Shown here one piece after another: positions 31,317 through 40,560 of a stretch of 64,000 bases of DNA (positions are counted from its first letter, which is position 1; each line of letters begins with the position of its first letter). Origin of the DNA: Candidatus Cloacimonadota bacterium (GTDB lineage Bacteria > Cloacimonadota > Cloacimonadia > G963667145); assembly GCA_963676615.1 (NCBI GenBank), contig OY781092.1:576001-640000 (forward strand), in the 5' to 3' direction. The position numbers were made by a program, and so were the translations under genes. The notes under the pieces were generated by a model that searched no databases, had not been told where the DNA came from, and saw only the letters and a list, made by a program, of their open reading frames with translations.

Positions 31317-31983
31317 TTTTGAGCCCTTTTTTTTGGTAATATTCGCTCACCAAAAGCGCGATTAGCGAGATGAAAATCGAGACGAGGACGAGTCTGAAGC
31401 AGGCGAACTCTCCGTCCACCGAGTTGAAAAAGCTGAAAATCGCCATCGAAATTGTGGTCGTTTTGAACGGAATGTTGCCCGCGACCATAATCGTTGCGCC
31501 GAACTCTCCGATGCTTCTGGCGAAGCAAAGCACCGAACCAGAGATGATGCCTGATTTGGACATCGGCAAAATTACCCGAAAAAAAGTTGCCAGGCGATTT
31601 TTGCCGAGGCTTCGGCTGATATTTAGGTATCCCTCATCGATGGAGCTCATCGCCAGTTTGATTGGGCGCAGCATCAGCGGAAAGCTCACCACGCAAGACG
31701 CCATCACCGCTGCGGCTAGATTAAAAGTGAGGCTTACGCCGAATTTGTCGAGAAAGCTGCCGACGAGTGAGTTTTGGCTGAAAATAAAAAGCAAAATGTA
31801 GCCCGTGACTAGCGGCGGCAACACCAGTGGGAAGATAAGCACCGCCTCGATGAGCATTTTTCCTTTGAATTTGCATCTGGTTAAAAAGTGCGCTGTCAGC
31901 AGCACCAACGGCAAGTTGATAAGTGTGGCAAGGCAGGCGACCAGAAGCGAAAATTTTATGGCGAAAAATTCTATTGCTGTCAT
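31309..31983 (-). CDS. modB: Molybdate ABC transporter permease
   Basis: PLVLPPLVTGY, FARSIGEFGATIMVAGNIP. Confidence 0.95.
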   Translation of the reverse strand: MTAIEFFAIKFSLLVACLATLINLPLVLLTAHFLTRCKFKGKMLIEAVLIFPLVLPPLVTGYILLFIFSQNSLVGSFLDKFGVSLTFNLAAAVMASCVVSFPLMLRPIKLAMSSIDEGYLNISRSLGKNRLATFFRVILPMSKSGIISGSVLCFARSIGEFGATIMVAGNIPFKTTTISMAIFSFFNSVDGEFACFRLVLVSIFISLIALLVSEYYQKKGLKNA

Positions 31984-31997
31984 TTTTGGGGGGAAGT

Positions 31998-32726
31998 CTA
32001 AAAAGCGGGGGTGAAGCCGAATTTTTTGTAGATTGGAGCGGCTTTATCGCTTCTCAAAAAGTCGAAAAAACCTTTGCCCACTGGCGATAACAGCGAAATG
32101 GTATAAGTGATTTCTGGCGAAAATTTGGCAGGAATTTCGTAGGCGATTTTGATGTTTTTTCCGACCAAAGCGTCGGTTTTGTAAACGATGCCGCAATCTG
32201 TGCTGCCAGACTCCACCATGCTCATCGCCGCTCGCACATCCACCGCTCCAGCCAGTTTTTGTTCCAGCGCTTTGTAGATTTTTGCGTTTTGCAAACTTTT
32301 TTTGGCGTAGATTCCTGCCGGCACATGCGAGACATCTCCAGTGGCGATTTTTTCGCATTTGGCAAGGTCTTGCAAATTTTTGATAACTAGCTTGGAGTCC
32401 GCCGGAACGATGACCACCAGCGAGTTGTGCAGCAAAATTTTGCAATCTGCGGGGCTAACTTTTTCTTTTTGAATAAGATACTGACTCCACTTTGGATTTG
32501 CACTGAGGAAAATATCGGCTTCCATCCCTTTTTCGATTTGCTTTGCGCAGACGGAACTGGAGGCGAAATTTAGCTGAAATTGGACGCCATTTTCTTCTGC
32601 ATATTTTTCGCTTAACTCGGTCAAAACATCTGTCAAACTGGCGGCGCTGGAAACTTTTATTTTAGAATTTTTGGCGTTGCAGGCAAAAATTGTTGCTACC
32701 AAAAAAAAGATAAAGATTTTTTTCAT
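31998..32726 (-). CDS. modA: Molybdate ABC transporter binding lipoprotein
   Basis: Lipobox IFAC, SAASL, FASS, FLSAN, VPAGIYA, DVR, VYKTDA. Confidence 0.95.
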   Translation of the reverse strand: MKKIFIFFLVATIFACNAKNSKIKVSSAASLTDVLTELSEKYAEENGVQFQLNFASSSVCAKQIEKGMEADIFLSANPKWSQYLIQKEKVSPADCKILLHNSLVVIVPADSKLVIKNLQDLAKCEKIATGDVSHVPAGIYAKKSLQNAKIYKALEQKLAGAVDVRAAMSMVESGSTDCGIVYKTDALVGKNIKIAYEIPAKFSPEITYTISLLSPVGKGFFDFLRSDKAAPIYKKFGFTPAF

Positions 32727-33104
32727 TTATAATTTCTCCATTTTTTCAAAATTTTCTATCTCATTTTTGAACCAATAAAAAAACTTTTGCGAGTTCTCTT
32801 TTAAATCTTGGCTCATTTTTTCGTAGGCGGTGATGTATCGTTTTGCAAAAGGTGTCAGGACGCTACCGCCTCGTTCTATTCCGCCTTTGTGGCTTTGCAA
32901 AAACGGCTGACCTGTCACCGACTCCACGCGCCTGACCATTTTGTTGGCTTTGGAATACGAAAGGTGCATACTCTCGGCGGCTTTTTTTAGTGATTTGTGC
33001 TGCTGCACAGCTCGCATTAGCCAAACAATTCCGATGCCCATAAACGGTTTGTTTTCTTGATCCAAAAGCGCAATTTTGATTTGAATGTTTTTTTCTTCTT
33101 TCAT
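32727..33104 (-). CDS. ModE-like winged-helix regulator lacking TOBE domains
   Basis: G.G...L......SL.KAA..M.LSY.KA...GG..GGS.LT; first gene of the mod operon. Confidence 0.85.
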   Translation of the reverse strand: MKEEKNIQIKIALLDQENKPFMGIGIVWLMRAVQQHKSLKKAAESMHLSYSKANKMVRRVESVTGQPFLQSHKGGIERGGSVLTPFAKRYITAYEKMSQDLKENSQKFFYWFKNEIENFEKMEKL

Positions 33105-33230
33105 AAATCCTCGAAGTATTTGCGAAAAAATATCGAAAATTTGTCAAACAATTTTTTAGTTCAATTTTCTGCTTGGCAAAAAATATTGGCAGCGAACTCT
33201 GGCGAATGAGTTTGAATTTTGGAGAACGGT

Positions 33231-34406
33231 ATGAATTTTGTAACGACGCAAGAGGCTTGGAGGCTGATAGATAGCTATATCACGGCGAAGTTGCCGACGG
33301 AGGAAGTCTTTCTGGGCGACTCTTTAGGACGAATTTTGGTGGAGGATGTTTTTGCTCCGTTTGATGAGCCCGCTTTTGATAAAGCGCTGAAAGACGGGTA
33401 TGCCTATAATAGCCAAGATTTACAGCCCGAAGTGGTGGCTGTGCAGCGCGCTGGCGAAGATTTGGGCAGAAGCTATGCAAAAGGCGAGTGTGTCAAGATA
33501 ATGACTGGAGCGGTTGTGCCCAAAGAGTTTGATGCGCTTGTGCCTGTGGAAGATGCAAAAATTGTTGAGAACCGCCTGCAAATAACGGCAAAGGTCGCTC
33601 AAAATATTTGCTATCAAGGTGAATATCTGCTCAAAGGGGCAAAAATTTTGGCGAAGAACGAAAAAATTACTCCGCAAATTGTAGGGATTTTGGCTTCTGT
33701 TGGCAAAAAAAAAGCGCAAGTTTTTCGCAAGCCAAAGGTGGGGGTTTTGGTGACGGGTGATGAGCTGGTGGAGAGTTTTTCGCAACTGGAACAAGGCAAA
33801 AAGTTTGATAGCAACAGCCCGATGTTAGCTTTGCAGATAGCCGAGCTGGGGGCAGAGCCGATCGAATATCGCGTGGTTGCCGACACTTTGCAAGAGACGA
33901 CGGACGCTATCGAAAAAGCTGTCAGGGAGTGCGATTTGGTGCTTTCTTCGGGCGGTGCGTCTATGGGCGATTACGATTATATTCCCAAAGCGCTGGAAAA
34001 TTTGCAGGCAAAATTTGAGTTCAAAAAGATAAAGTTTAAGCCGGGCAAACCAACTTTTTTTGCGACGGTAAAAGGGACGCCATATTTTGCATTGCCAGGA
34101 AATCCTGTTTCCAGCTTTGTAGTTTTTAACCTTTTTGTGACTCGACTCATTAAAAAAATGTTGGCGCAAGATTCGCAACCCAAATCTTTTCTGTTGCCGA
34201 TGGGTAAACGCTTTGTCCGCAGCATCGATTTGGATAGGCAGGAGTATCGACCAGCGAATATTGTCGATGGCAAAATCGAAGTGGCGGATTTCGTCAACTC
34301 TGGGCATTTGCAGGCTCTAGCTGGCGCCCAAGGCTTGGTGGAGATTCCTGCAGGACAAAAAGAACTCCCATCAGGCTCAAAGCAAAGGTTTTGTTGGTTT
34401 GTATAA
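33231..34406 (+). CDS. moeA: Molybdopterin molybdotransferase
   Basis: P.FD.A..DGYA, IMTGA, VTGDEL, DSN, SSGGASMGDYD, KPGKP, LPGNPVS. Confidence 0.94.
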   Translation: MNFVTTQEAWRLIDSYITAKLPTEEVFLGDSLGRILVEDVFAPFDEPAFDKALKDGYAYNSQDLQPEVVAVQRAGEDLGRSYAKGECVKIMTGAVVPKEFDALVPVEDAKIVENRLQITAKVAQNICYQGEYLLKGAKILAKNEKITPQIVGILASVGKKKAQVFRKPKVGVLVTGDELVESFSQLEQGKKFDSNSPMLALQIAELGAEPIEYRVVADTLQETTDAIEKAVRECDLVLSSGGASMGDYDYIPKALENLQAKFEFKKIKFKPGKPTFFATVKGTPYFALPGNPVSSFVVFNLFVTRLIKKMLAQDSQPKSFLLPMGKRFVRSIDLDRQEYRPANIVDGKIEVADFVNSGHLQALAGAQGLVEIPAGQKELPSGSKQRFCWFV

Positions 34407-34497
34407 TCGTTTTTATAGACAGCTTTTCGCAAATAATGCTTGACAAAGACCTAAAGTGTTAGATACTACTAGCAAATAATGAAATTAGGAGGGAAAA

Positions 34498-35409
34498 ATG
34501 AGAAAGTTTTATTTATTTTTCATTTTTAGTTTGTTGGCGCTAGTGTTTGTGGGGTGCGAATCTTCGAGCAGTTCTTCGAATACGGGAGATGTGAATTTTG
34601 AGCTTGATAAGGAGGCTGTTCCATCGAGTAGTATTAGTTTGGCTATCTCTACAAGCGATGTCTCTGCAACTTTGACAGATTTGAGGGTGTCCTTTACAGG
34701 ACCGCAAAGTGGAACTGAGGTTTTGCCATTGGGAACAGCAGGCGGTGACTATTTTGTTAATAGGGCGCTGTCTTTGGTGGAGGGAGATTATACTCTTACC
34801 GCTTTTGAGCTTTTGGACGGTAATGGAGATGTTATTTTGCTCTCTCCAGATAAATATTCCGAAATTGCTCAAACTTTCAGCCCTGAGAAGAGAAATAACA
34901 ATATGGTTGATAAAGATTTCACGATTGTCGCAGGGGAGATCGCCCCTCTCACGATGCTTGTGGTTACAAAAGATTCTACAAAGCCAATTAGTGAATATGG
35001 TTACAAAATCTTTGACTTCGATTTGGCAAAGTTCGATTTTCTTGATTTGTCGGGATATTGTATTGCCGAAGATTCGGTTGCTGTTGTTGCGACTCTAAAA
35101 GCTTTTGGTGGCGACTACACATTTGAGGTAACAAAAAATCTTGTGTTTTATAGCGCAAGAGAAACAGGCGGAGTTTCTACAGAAAATCTTGTTATGTTTA
35201 GCAACGATTACGACTCTTTGAATGTAAAGTTAACATATAATAGTAGTTTTGCAGAAAAGACATTTACTCAAGATTCGATCGCAAGTTTGATTTATGCCGA
35301 CGGAACAAAAATCTATCCGACAAAAGTGAGAATAGACGCCAGTGGAAACCCAGTCTTTGATTGGGACGCTGATAACGATGGTAAAGATGATTTAATCAAC
35401 CATAACTAA
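34498..35409 (+). CDS. Hypothetical lipoprotein
   Basis: GGAGG RBS, signal peptide ending VFVG-C, Ser linker; N-terminal domain shared with the next gene. Confidence 0.8.
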   Translation: MRKFYLFFIFSLLALVFVGCESSSSSSNTGDVNFELDKEAVPSSSISLAISTSDVSATLTDLRVSFTGPQSGTEVLPLGTAGGDYFVNRALSLVEGDYTLTAFELLDGNGDVILLSPDKYSEIAQTFSPEKRNNNMVDKDFTIVAGEIAPLTMLVVTKDSTKPISEYGYKIFDFDLAKFDFLDLSGYCIAEDSVAVVATLKAFGGDYTFEVTKNLVFYSARETGGVSTENLVMFSNDYDSLNVKLTYNSSFAEKTFTQDSIASLIYADGTKIYPTKVRIDASGNPVFDWDADNDGKDDLINHN

Positions 35410-35478
35410 AAGTAGATATGAGCTGTTTTAATTTTAAAAAGGAATTTTATTAAAAATTTTAAGGGTAAAGAAGGTAAT

Positions 35479-37500
35479 ATGAAAGTCAACAATAGAGCTA
35501 TTTATTTGGTGGTGATGTTGTTGGCTTTCTTTCTTTTTGTCAGTGGCTGTTTTTTGGACAATGTCACCCCGATGGTTAATGGGGAAGAGAGATATCCTGT
35601 CGATTTGAAGGCGGAACCCAAGACGAGTGTTCAAGCGAATTTTTCGATGTCTGTAGCAGGGAACTCTGTGTCACAGGAGCCAGCATATTTGATTATAACC
35701 GTTCGAAACAAAGAGTTAGCAGACGAGATAACCGATAGTTTGCCGATTATAAATTTTGGCGAAGAGTATATTTGCAACAAGGCGATGTTCCTCAAAGAGG
35801 GGCTTTATGACATTGAAAAATTTTGGATTTATAACGAAGATGGTGAAGTGATTTGGGTCGCAGTCAGTCACGAACTTCCTAATTTTTATGAGAGTTTTGT
35901 TAATAAAACTTTGCCGTCAGAGCTAGATGTGCGTGCTGGAGCGATTAACACGACAACTTTTGAAGTTGTTCCTGTTGATCAAGGGACACCTGCCAGTGAG
36001 TATGGCTATGCTGGTTTTAAGTTTTCGAACAATCTTTTTTATCTGAGATTGTTGGTTTTCGATCCTGAAAATCAAAAAACGGACGCTGTTTTAGATGTTA
36101 CCGTAGATGGCGTTAGGTCGGTTTACAATCTTATTGCCGGTCTAAATTCTATTCCTCTTAATCGAAGTTTGTTGGGGATAGTTTCGGTGAATGTTAATAA
36201 GCCCGGCTATCGTGATTTTATTCAAAACTATACCAAAGACGAACTGATGCTGCTGTTTGAGACAAGGGGAACTGTTGATGTGTTTTTGGTTAGCAGCTCA
36301 CAAGATCTTTTGGCACAAACCACGGAAGGGGAAAAACTGCGTAAATCTTGGTGGGACGAACTCAACTATTTTTGGCAGCAGATTTTTACCGAACTTGGAA
36401 ACGATGCGGGTTACACCAAAATTGACGACGATTTTTATATGTATATTTTGCAGCTAAAAGAGATTGACTTAACAGAAAAGGGATTAACAGATTTGAGCGG
36501 GCTTAAAAAACTGTTTTTGATGGAAAAGCTCAACATAAGTAAAAATCCTGAGATAACAACTTTGCAAGAGATACAATATCTTGCTTATTTGCAGGAGTTG
36601 AATGTGTCTTATACAAGTATTACAAATCTATCTGCTTTGGGCGTGTTGGACAATCTTACGAGATTGTCCTGTACAAATACATTTTTGGAAAACTGTGAAG
36701 AATTTATCAATTTTAAAAATTTAGTCTATTTCAATTCAGATAGCAGTCTTGTTTCAGATGTTTCTGGTTTGGGATGTTGTTACAATTTGGAAAGTCTTTC
36801 TATGCATTCAAATAGATTAACATCTATAACAGGATTGGAAAATTTAAATAATTTAAAGAGTATTGATTTAAGATATAACAAGATTGAATCTATAGCAGGA
36901 TTACCCACTAATCCTGAAAATATTAATTATTTGGGCTTAAGTGGAAATTGTTTAACAGAGTTAGATGGCATCCAAGGGTGCACAAATTTAACCACATTAA
37001 ATCTTGATAATAACCAATTAACAAATTTGGTTGGAATAGAAAATTTTAGAAAGTTGACAGAGATATATCTTCAGTATAATAAGCTTACCGATCTCTATGA
37101 TATGCCAACTCTTTCGACTACTGTGAATGTGTTTAGGGTAGACCATAATGAATTACAAGTTATTAGCGGCCTCAAAATTTCAAAAATAATAGAGTTTTAT
37201 TGTTACCAAAATAATATTTGGTATTTACAGGACATTTTTAAGTATACAAAAAAAATAGTTTTTAACGATAATCCAATTTATCTTAGCAATACTGAAGGGA
37301 AACTTAAATATGTAGAGGAAATATTTTGTTTAAATACACGCACCAGTCTTTATCATGCAAGAGATTTTGTGGAATATTATGGAAAATACGGCTATACAAA
37401 TATAGTATATTGGGCATCTGCAGAGGATGGAAAAGTTTATTATAAAAATGGTAAAGTAAAATATACGAGTAATTATGAAACGGGAGAGTTTGACGATTAG
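35479..37500 (+). CDS. Lipoprotein with internalin-like leucine-rich repeats
   Basis: Lipobox FVSG-C; repeated LxxLxLxxNxLxxLxG units in the C-terminal half. Confidence 0.85.
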   Translation: MKVNNRAIYLVVMLLAFFLFVSGCFLDNVTPMVNGEERYPVDLKAEPKTSVQANFSMSVAGNSVSQEPAYLIITVRNKELADEITDSLPIINFGEEYICNKAMFLKEGLYDIEKFWIYNEDGEVIWVAVSHELPNFYESFVNKTLPSELDVRAGAINTTTFEVVPVDQGTPASEYGYAGFKFSNNLFYLRLLVFDPENQKTDAVLDVTVDGVRSVYNLIAGLNSIPLNRSLLGIVSVNVNKPGYRDFIQNYTKDELMLLFETRGTVDVFLVSSSQDLLAQTTEGEKLRKSWWDELNYFWQQIFTELGNDAGYTKIDDDFYMYILQLKEIDLTEKGLTDLSGLKKLFLMEKLNISKNPEITTLQEIQYLAYLQELNVSYTSITNLSALGVLDNLTRLSCTNTFLENCEEFINFKNLVYFNSDSSLVSDVSGLGCCYNLESLSMHSNRLTSITGLENLNNLKSIDLRYNKIESIAGLPTNPENINYLGLSGNCLTELDGIQGCTNLTTLNLDNNQLTNLVGIENFRKLTEIYLQYNKLTDLYDMPTLSTTVNVFRVDHNELQVISGLKISKIIEFYCYQNNIWYLQDIFKYTKKIVFNDNPIYLSNTEGKLKYVEEIFCLNTRTSLYHARDFVEYYGKYGYTNIVYWASAEDGKVYYKNGKVKYTSNYETGEFDD

Positions 37501-37581
37501 ATAATCCGGTGTCTTCCGTTTTTCCGCATTTTCACTTTGGATTTTATTGACTAAAAAAGAGCAAACCATTTTGTTAACCGT

Positions 37582-38316
37582 ATGAAAATAAAAGAGATTG
37601 TTGAGCAGATTGGCAGGTTTGCACCGTGGGAAACGGCGTTGGAGTGGGACAATGTGGGGTTGCTCGTCGGTCGCAAAAATGATGAAGCGGACAAAGCGGT
37701 GGTTTGCCTTGATATCGACGAAAACGCTTTACAGACGGCTTTGGAGGTGGGAGCAGGGCTAATCGTTTCGCATCATCCGCTATTTATTCGACCGCTGGCG
37801 GCGATTACCGATCAGACGCTTTTGCAAATTGTGGAGCAGGGGATAGCGGTGATTTGCGTGCACACAAATTTGGACATCGCGCCAAAAGGCGTGAACTATG
37901 AGCTTGCCAATCTTTTGGGGCTGAAAAATTTTCAGCCGATTAGCCAGAGCGAGCCGATTGGTCTTATCGGAGAGGTGCAAAAGCAGAAGCTGAGCGAGTT
38001 TGCCACAAGTTGCAAAAATCTGCTAAAAGCCCCATTTGCAAAGGTTTACAAGTTGCAAGAGTTTGTGCAAACTGTGGCTGTTTGTGGCGGAAACGGTAGC
38101 TCTCTTTTGCAGATTTTGGACGGTAAAGCAGATGTTTTGGTCTCTTCTGATTTCAAATATCATCAGATTATCGATAGCAAAATTTCGCTGATAGATGTTG
38201 GGCATTATTGGAGCGAGCGAGTGGCGATAGAGATTTTGCAAAAAATTTTGGAAAAAATGGGCATTAAAACTTTTGTGCCAAAAACGCACAAAATAGAGAA
38301 ATTAGAGGTGTTATGA
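37582..38316 (+). CDS. Nif3/YbgI (DUF34) dinuclear metal protein
   Basis: WDNVGL, SHHPL, HTNLD, GVN, D.KYH, DVGHY.SE. Confidence 0.93.
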   Translation: MKIKEIVEQIGRFAPWETALEWDNVGLLVGRKNDEADKAVVCLDIDENALQTALEVGAGLIVSHHPLFIRPLAAITDQTLLQIVEQGIAVICVHTNLDIAPKGVNYELANLLGLKNFQPISQSEPIGLIGEVQKQKLSEFATSCKNLLKAPFAKVYKLQEFVQTVAVCGGNGSSLLQILDGKADVLVSSDFKYHQIIDSKISLIDVGHYWSERVAIEILQKILEKMGIKTFVPKTHKIEKLEVL

Positions 38317-38600
38317 AAATGACTTTTAAAGATGTATCCCGCGGCGTTGTGGACGCGCGAGTGATCATCGAAGTTTGCCAGGGCGTATATATCAACGAGA
38401 TTTCGGTCTTGCGAAAAGACGGAAAATTGCAGGTGGAGTTTCCCCAAAAATCTTTTAAGGGCAGAGACGGTCGGATGCACTGGATGGACATTATGACTTT
38501 CCGCGACGACGACAAAAAAACGCTTTTTCAGATGGAAATTTTGGAACAGCACAAAATTTGGCGAGCGAAGAACAAAAAAGTTTTGGTGTATGAAACCTAG
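38313..38600 (+). CDS. SpoVG-like protein
   Basis: I..I.V....G.L.V.FP.K....G...DI pattern, 95 aa, upstream of a GlmU-like gene. Confidence 0.65.
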   Translation: MKMTFKDVSRGVVDARVIIEVCQGVYINEISVLRKDGKLQVEFPQKSFKGRDGRMHWMDIMTFRDDDKKTLFQMEILEQHKIWRAKNKKVLVYET

Positions 38601-39783
38601 ACTTGTCGTTTTTGACGATAACGATTTCTGCACTAATTTAGCGCCTTTTTCTTGCGTTAGAGGCGCTGGAACGCTGCGCAGGGGCTGTTTTACGCAATCC
38701 CAGCGCATCAAAAAACTGTTTGCCGATTTTGCTGAATATTTCAATTCTGGCTCTCTTGCAAAAATCGAAGTTCCTTGCGGCGATTGGCTTTTTGTAAATT
38801 CTAGAGTTTCGCCAAAAGCGGAGCTGCTCCAAAAAATAAAAAAGTTGCCAGCGGGAACTTTTTTGTGCGAAAAAAAAACCGAAGCGGTGGTAGCTTTTCG
38901 CATCCAGACGCAAAGCAGCTATAAGTTTGCCATCCAAGATATGGCTGCGGGAAATTTGCAATTTTGCCAGTCGGCGCTTTATCTGCATTGGTGGGAGTTG
39001 GTTGCCGATAACGGCGAGCAAATCGACGAAGATTTTGCGGAATTTTTTAGCCAGCAAGACAGTTTTAGTGTGCCATCGCAGTTCACGACTCTGCTCAACC
39101 CTTACAGCGTGTGGCTTGGGAAAGATGTTCAGTTGGATGTTGGCGCGGTTTTGGACGCTCGTAAGGGAGCGATTGTAATCGAAGACGGCGCAAAAATCGG
39201 TTGCAGTGCTCTTTTGCAAGGTCCTTGTTTTGTGGGAGCTGGAGCAACCATCAATCCGTTCGTGCACATTAAAAACGGCTCAACCATCGGAAAAAGCTGC
39301 AAAGTTGGCGGCGAGGTGGACGGAGCGATTATCGACGATTTTTCCAACAAGCAGCACTACGGATTTATCGGCGAGAGCTATGTCGGCTCTTGGGTAAATT
39401 TGGGCGCAGGCACCACTTGCTCCGATCTGAAAAACAACTACTCAACGGTAAAAAGTTTTTCTGCCAGCGACGAAAAAATCGATACGCAACGCCAGTTTTT
39501 GGGATGTGCTGTGGGCGACTATGTCAGATTAGGCATCGGCTCGTTGATAAACACAGGTGCCTGCATTGGCGCGGGTTGCTGCCTCTATGGCTCGGAAATG
39601 ATTGACGGCAAAGTCGGTAATTTTCGATTTGGAAAAGTCGGAGCGGCTGGACTTTATGAGTTACCAAAATTTTTGCAAACACTAAAAATAATGAAAGCCA
39701 GACGAAATCAAGAAATTAGCGAAAACGAAGAGAAAAAAATAAACGAAATTTTTAGGAAAGAGTTGGATAATTATGTCGATTAA
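38590..39783 (+). CDS. GlmU-like sugar nucleotidyltransferase / hexapeptide acyltransferase
   Basis: Degenerate N-terminal NTP-transferase region (L.P....R....LR.G); left-handed beta-helix, GGEV, NKQHYGFIG.SY.G.WVNLGAGT..SDLKNNY. Confidence 0.85.
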   Translation: MKPRLVVFDDNDFCTNLAPFSCVRGAGTLRRGCFTQSQRIKKLFADFAEYFNSGSLAKIEVPCGDWLFVNSRVSPKAELLQKIKKLPAGTFLCEKKTEAVVAFRIQTQSSYKFAIQDMAAGNLQFCQSALYLHWWELVADNGEQIDEDFAEFFSQQDSFSVPSQFTTLLNPYSVWLGKDVQLDVGAVLDARKGAIVIEDGAKIGCSALLQGPCFVGAGATINPFVHIKNGSTIGKSCKVGGEVDGAIIDDFSNKQHYGFIGESYVGSWVNLGAGTTCSDLKNNYSTVKSFSASDEKIDTQRQFLGCAVGDYVRLGIGSLINTGACIGAGCCLYGSEMIDGKVGNFRFGKVGAAGLYELPKFLQTLKIMKARRNQEISENEEKKINEIFRKELDNYVD

Positions 39784-40558
39784 AGTTAAATTTAGAACGG
39801 GCAAAGAGCAGTTTTATAACACGCCAGATTTTGCGATTTCGCCTTTGCAGAGGGTGATTGTTGGGCTGGAATATGGCTACGATATTGCCACGGTGATTGC
39901 TATTGGCGAGGAGCCGAAAGTTAGGGAAGATTACAAAAAAATTTTGCGAGTGGCGGACGAAAAAGATTTGGCGAAATTGAAATCGCTGAAAGACGAAGAG
40001 CGGAAAGCGGAGGAGATCTACAACAAGACGATCACCAATCATTCGATTGAGATGAATCTTTTTTATGGCATTCAGCAGTTCGATGGGAAAAAGTTGCTGT
40101 TTTTGTTTACCTCCGAAAGTCGGGTCGATTTTCGCGATTTTGCCAAAGAACTTGCGACAATTTTTGGCAAGCGTATTGAGTTCATCCAAATCTCCTCTCG
40201 CGACAGAACCAAAAATATGGGAGGTGTGGGAGCTTGTGGCAGAGCGTATTGCTGCCACAAACATCTGCAAAAATTTCAGCCGATTTCGGTAAAAATGGTC
40301 AAGCAGCAAAATCTCTCGGGCAATTTATCGCAAATTTCTGGACCTTGCGGCAGGCTTTTGTGCTGTTTGGATTACGAAAAAGAGACTTATCAGGCTTACC
40401 CAAAAATCGGCTCCAAGCTGAAATACAAGGGCGAGCTTTACTTCGTGAATTTTAACGATATTTCCAAAGAGATGGTGCATCTGATGCCCGCCAAAAAAGA
40501 GCAAAAGCCTTTGGAATTGTCTTTGGAGAAGGTCAACAATATTTTAGCCAAAAAGTAA
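39773..40558 (+). CDS. RicT/YaaT (PSP1 domain) protein
   Basis: RVDFR, RIE, GGVGACGRAYCC, SGPCGRLLCCL.YE. Confidence 0.9.
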   Translation: MSIKVKFRTGKEQFYNTPDFAISPLQRVIVGLEYGYDIATVIAIGEEPKVREDYKKILRVADEKDLAKLKSLKDEERKAEEIYNKTITNHSIEMNLFYGIQQFDGKKLLFLFTSESRVDFRDFAKELATIFGKRIEFIQISSRDRTKNMGGVGACGRAYCCHKHLQKFQPISVKMVKQQNLSGNLSQISGPCGRLLCCLDYEKETYQAYPKIGSKLKYKGELYFVNFNDISKEMVHLMPAKKEQKPLELSLEKVNNILAKK

Positions 40559-40560
40559 AA

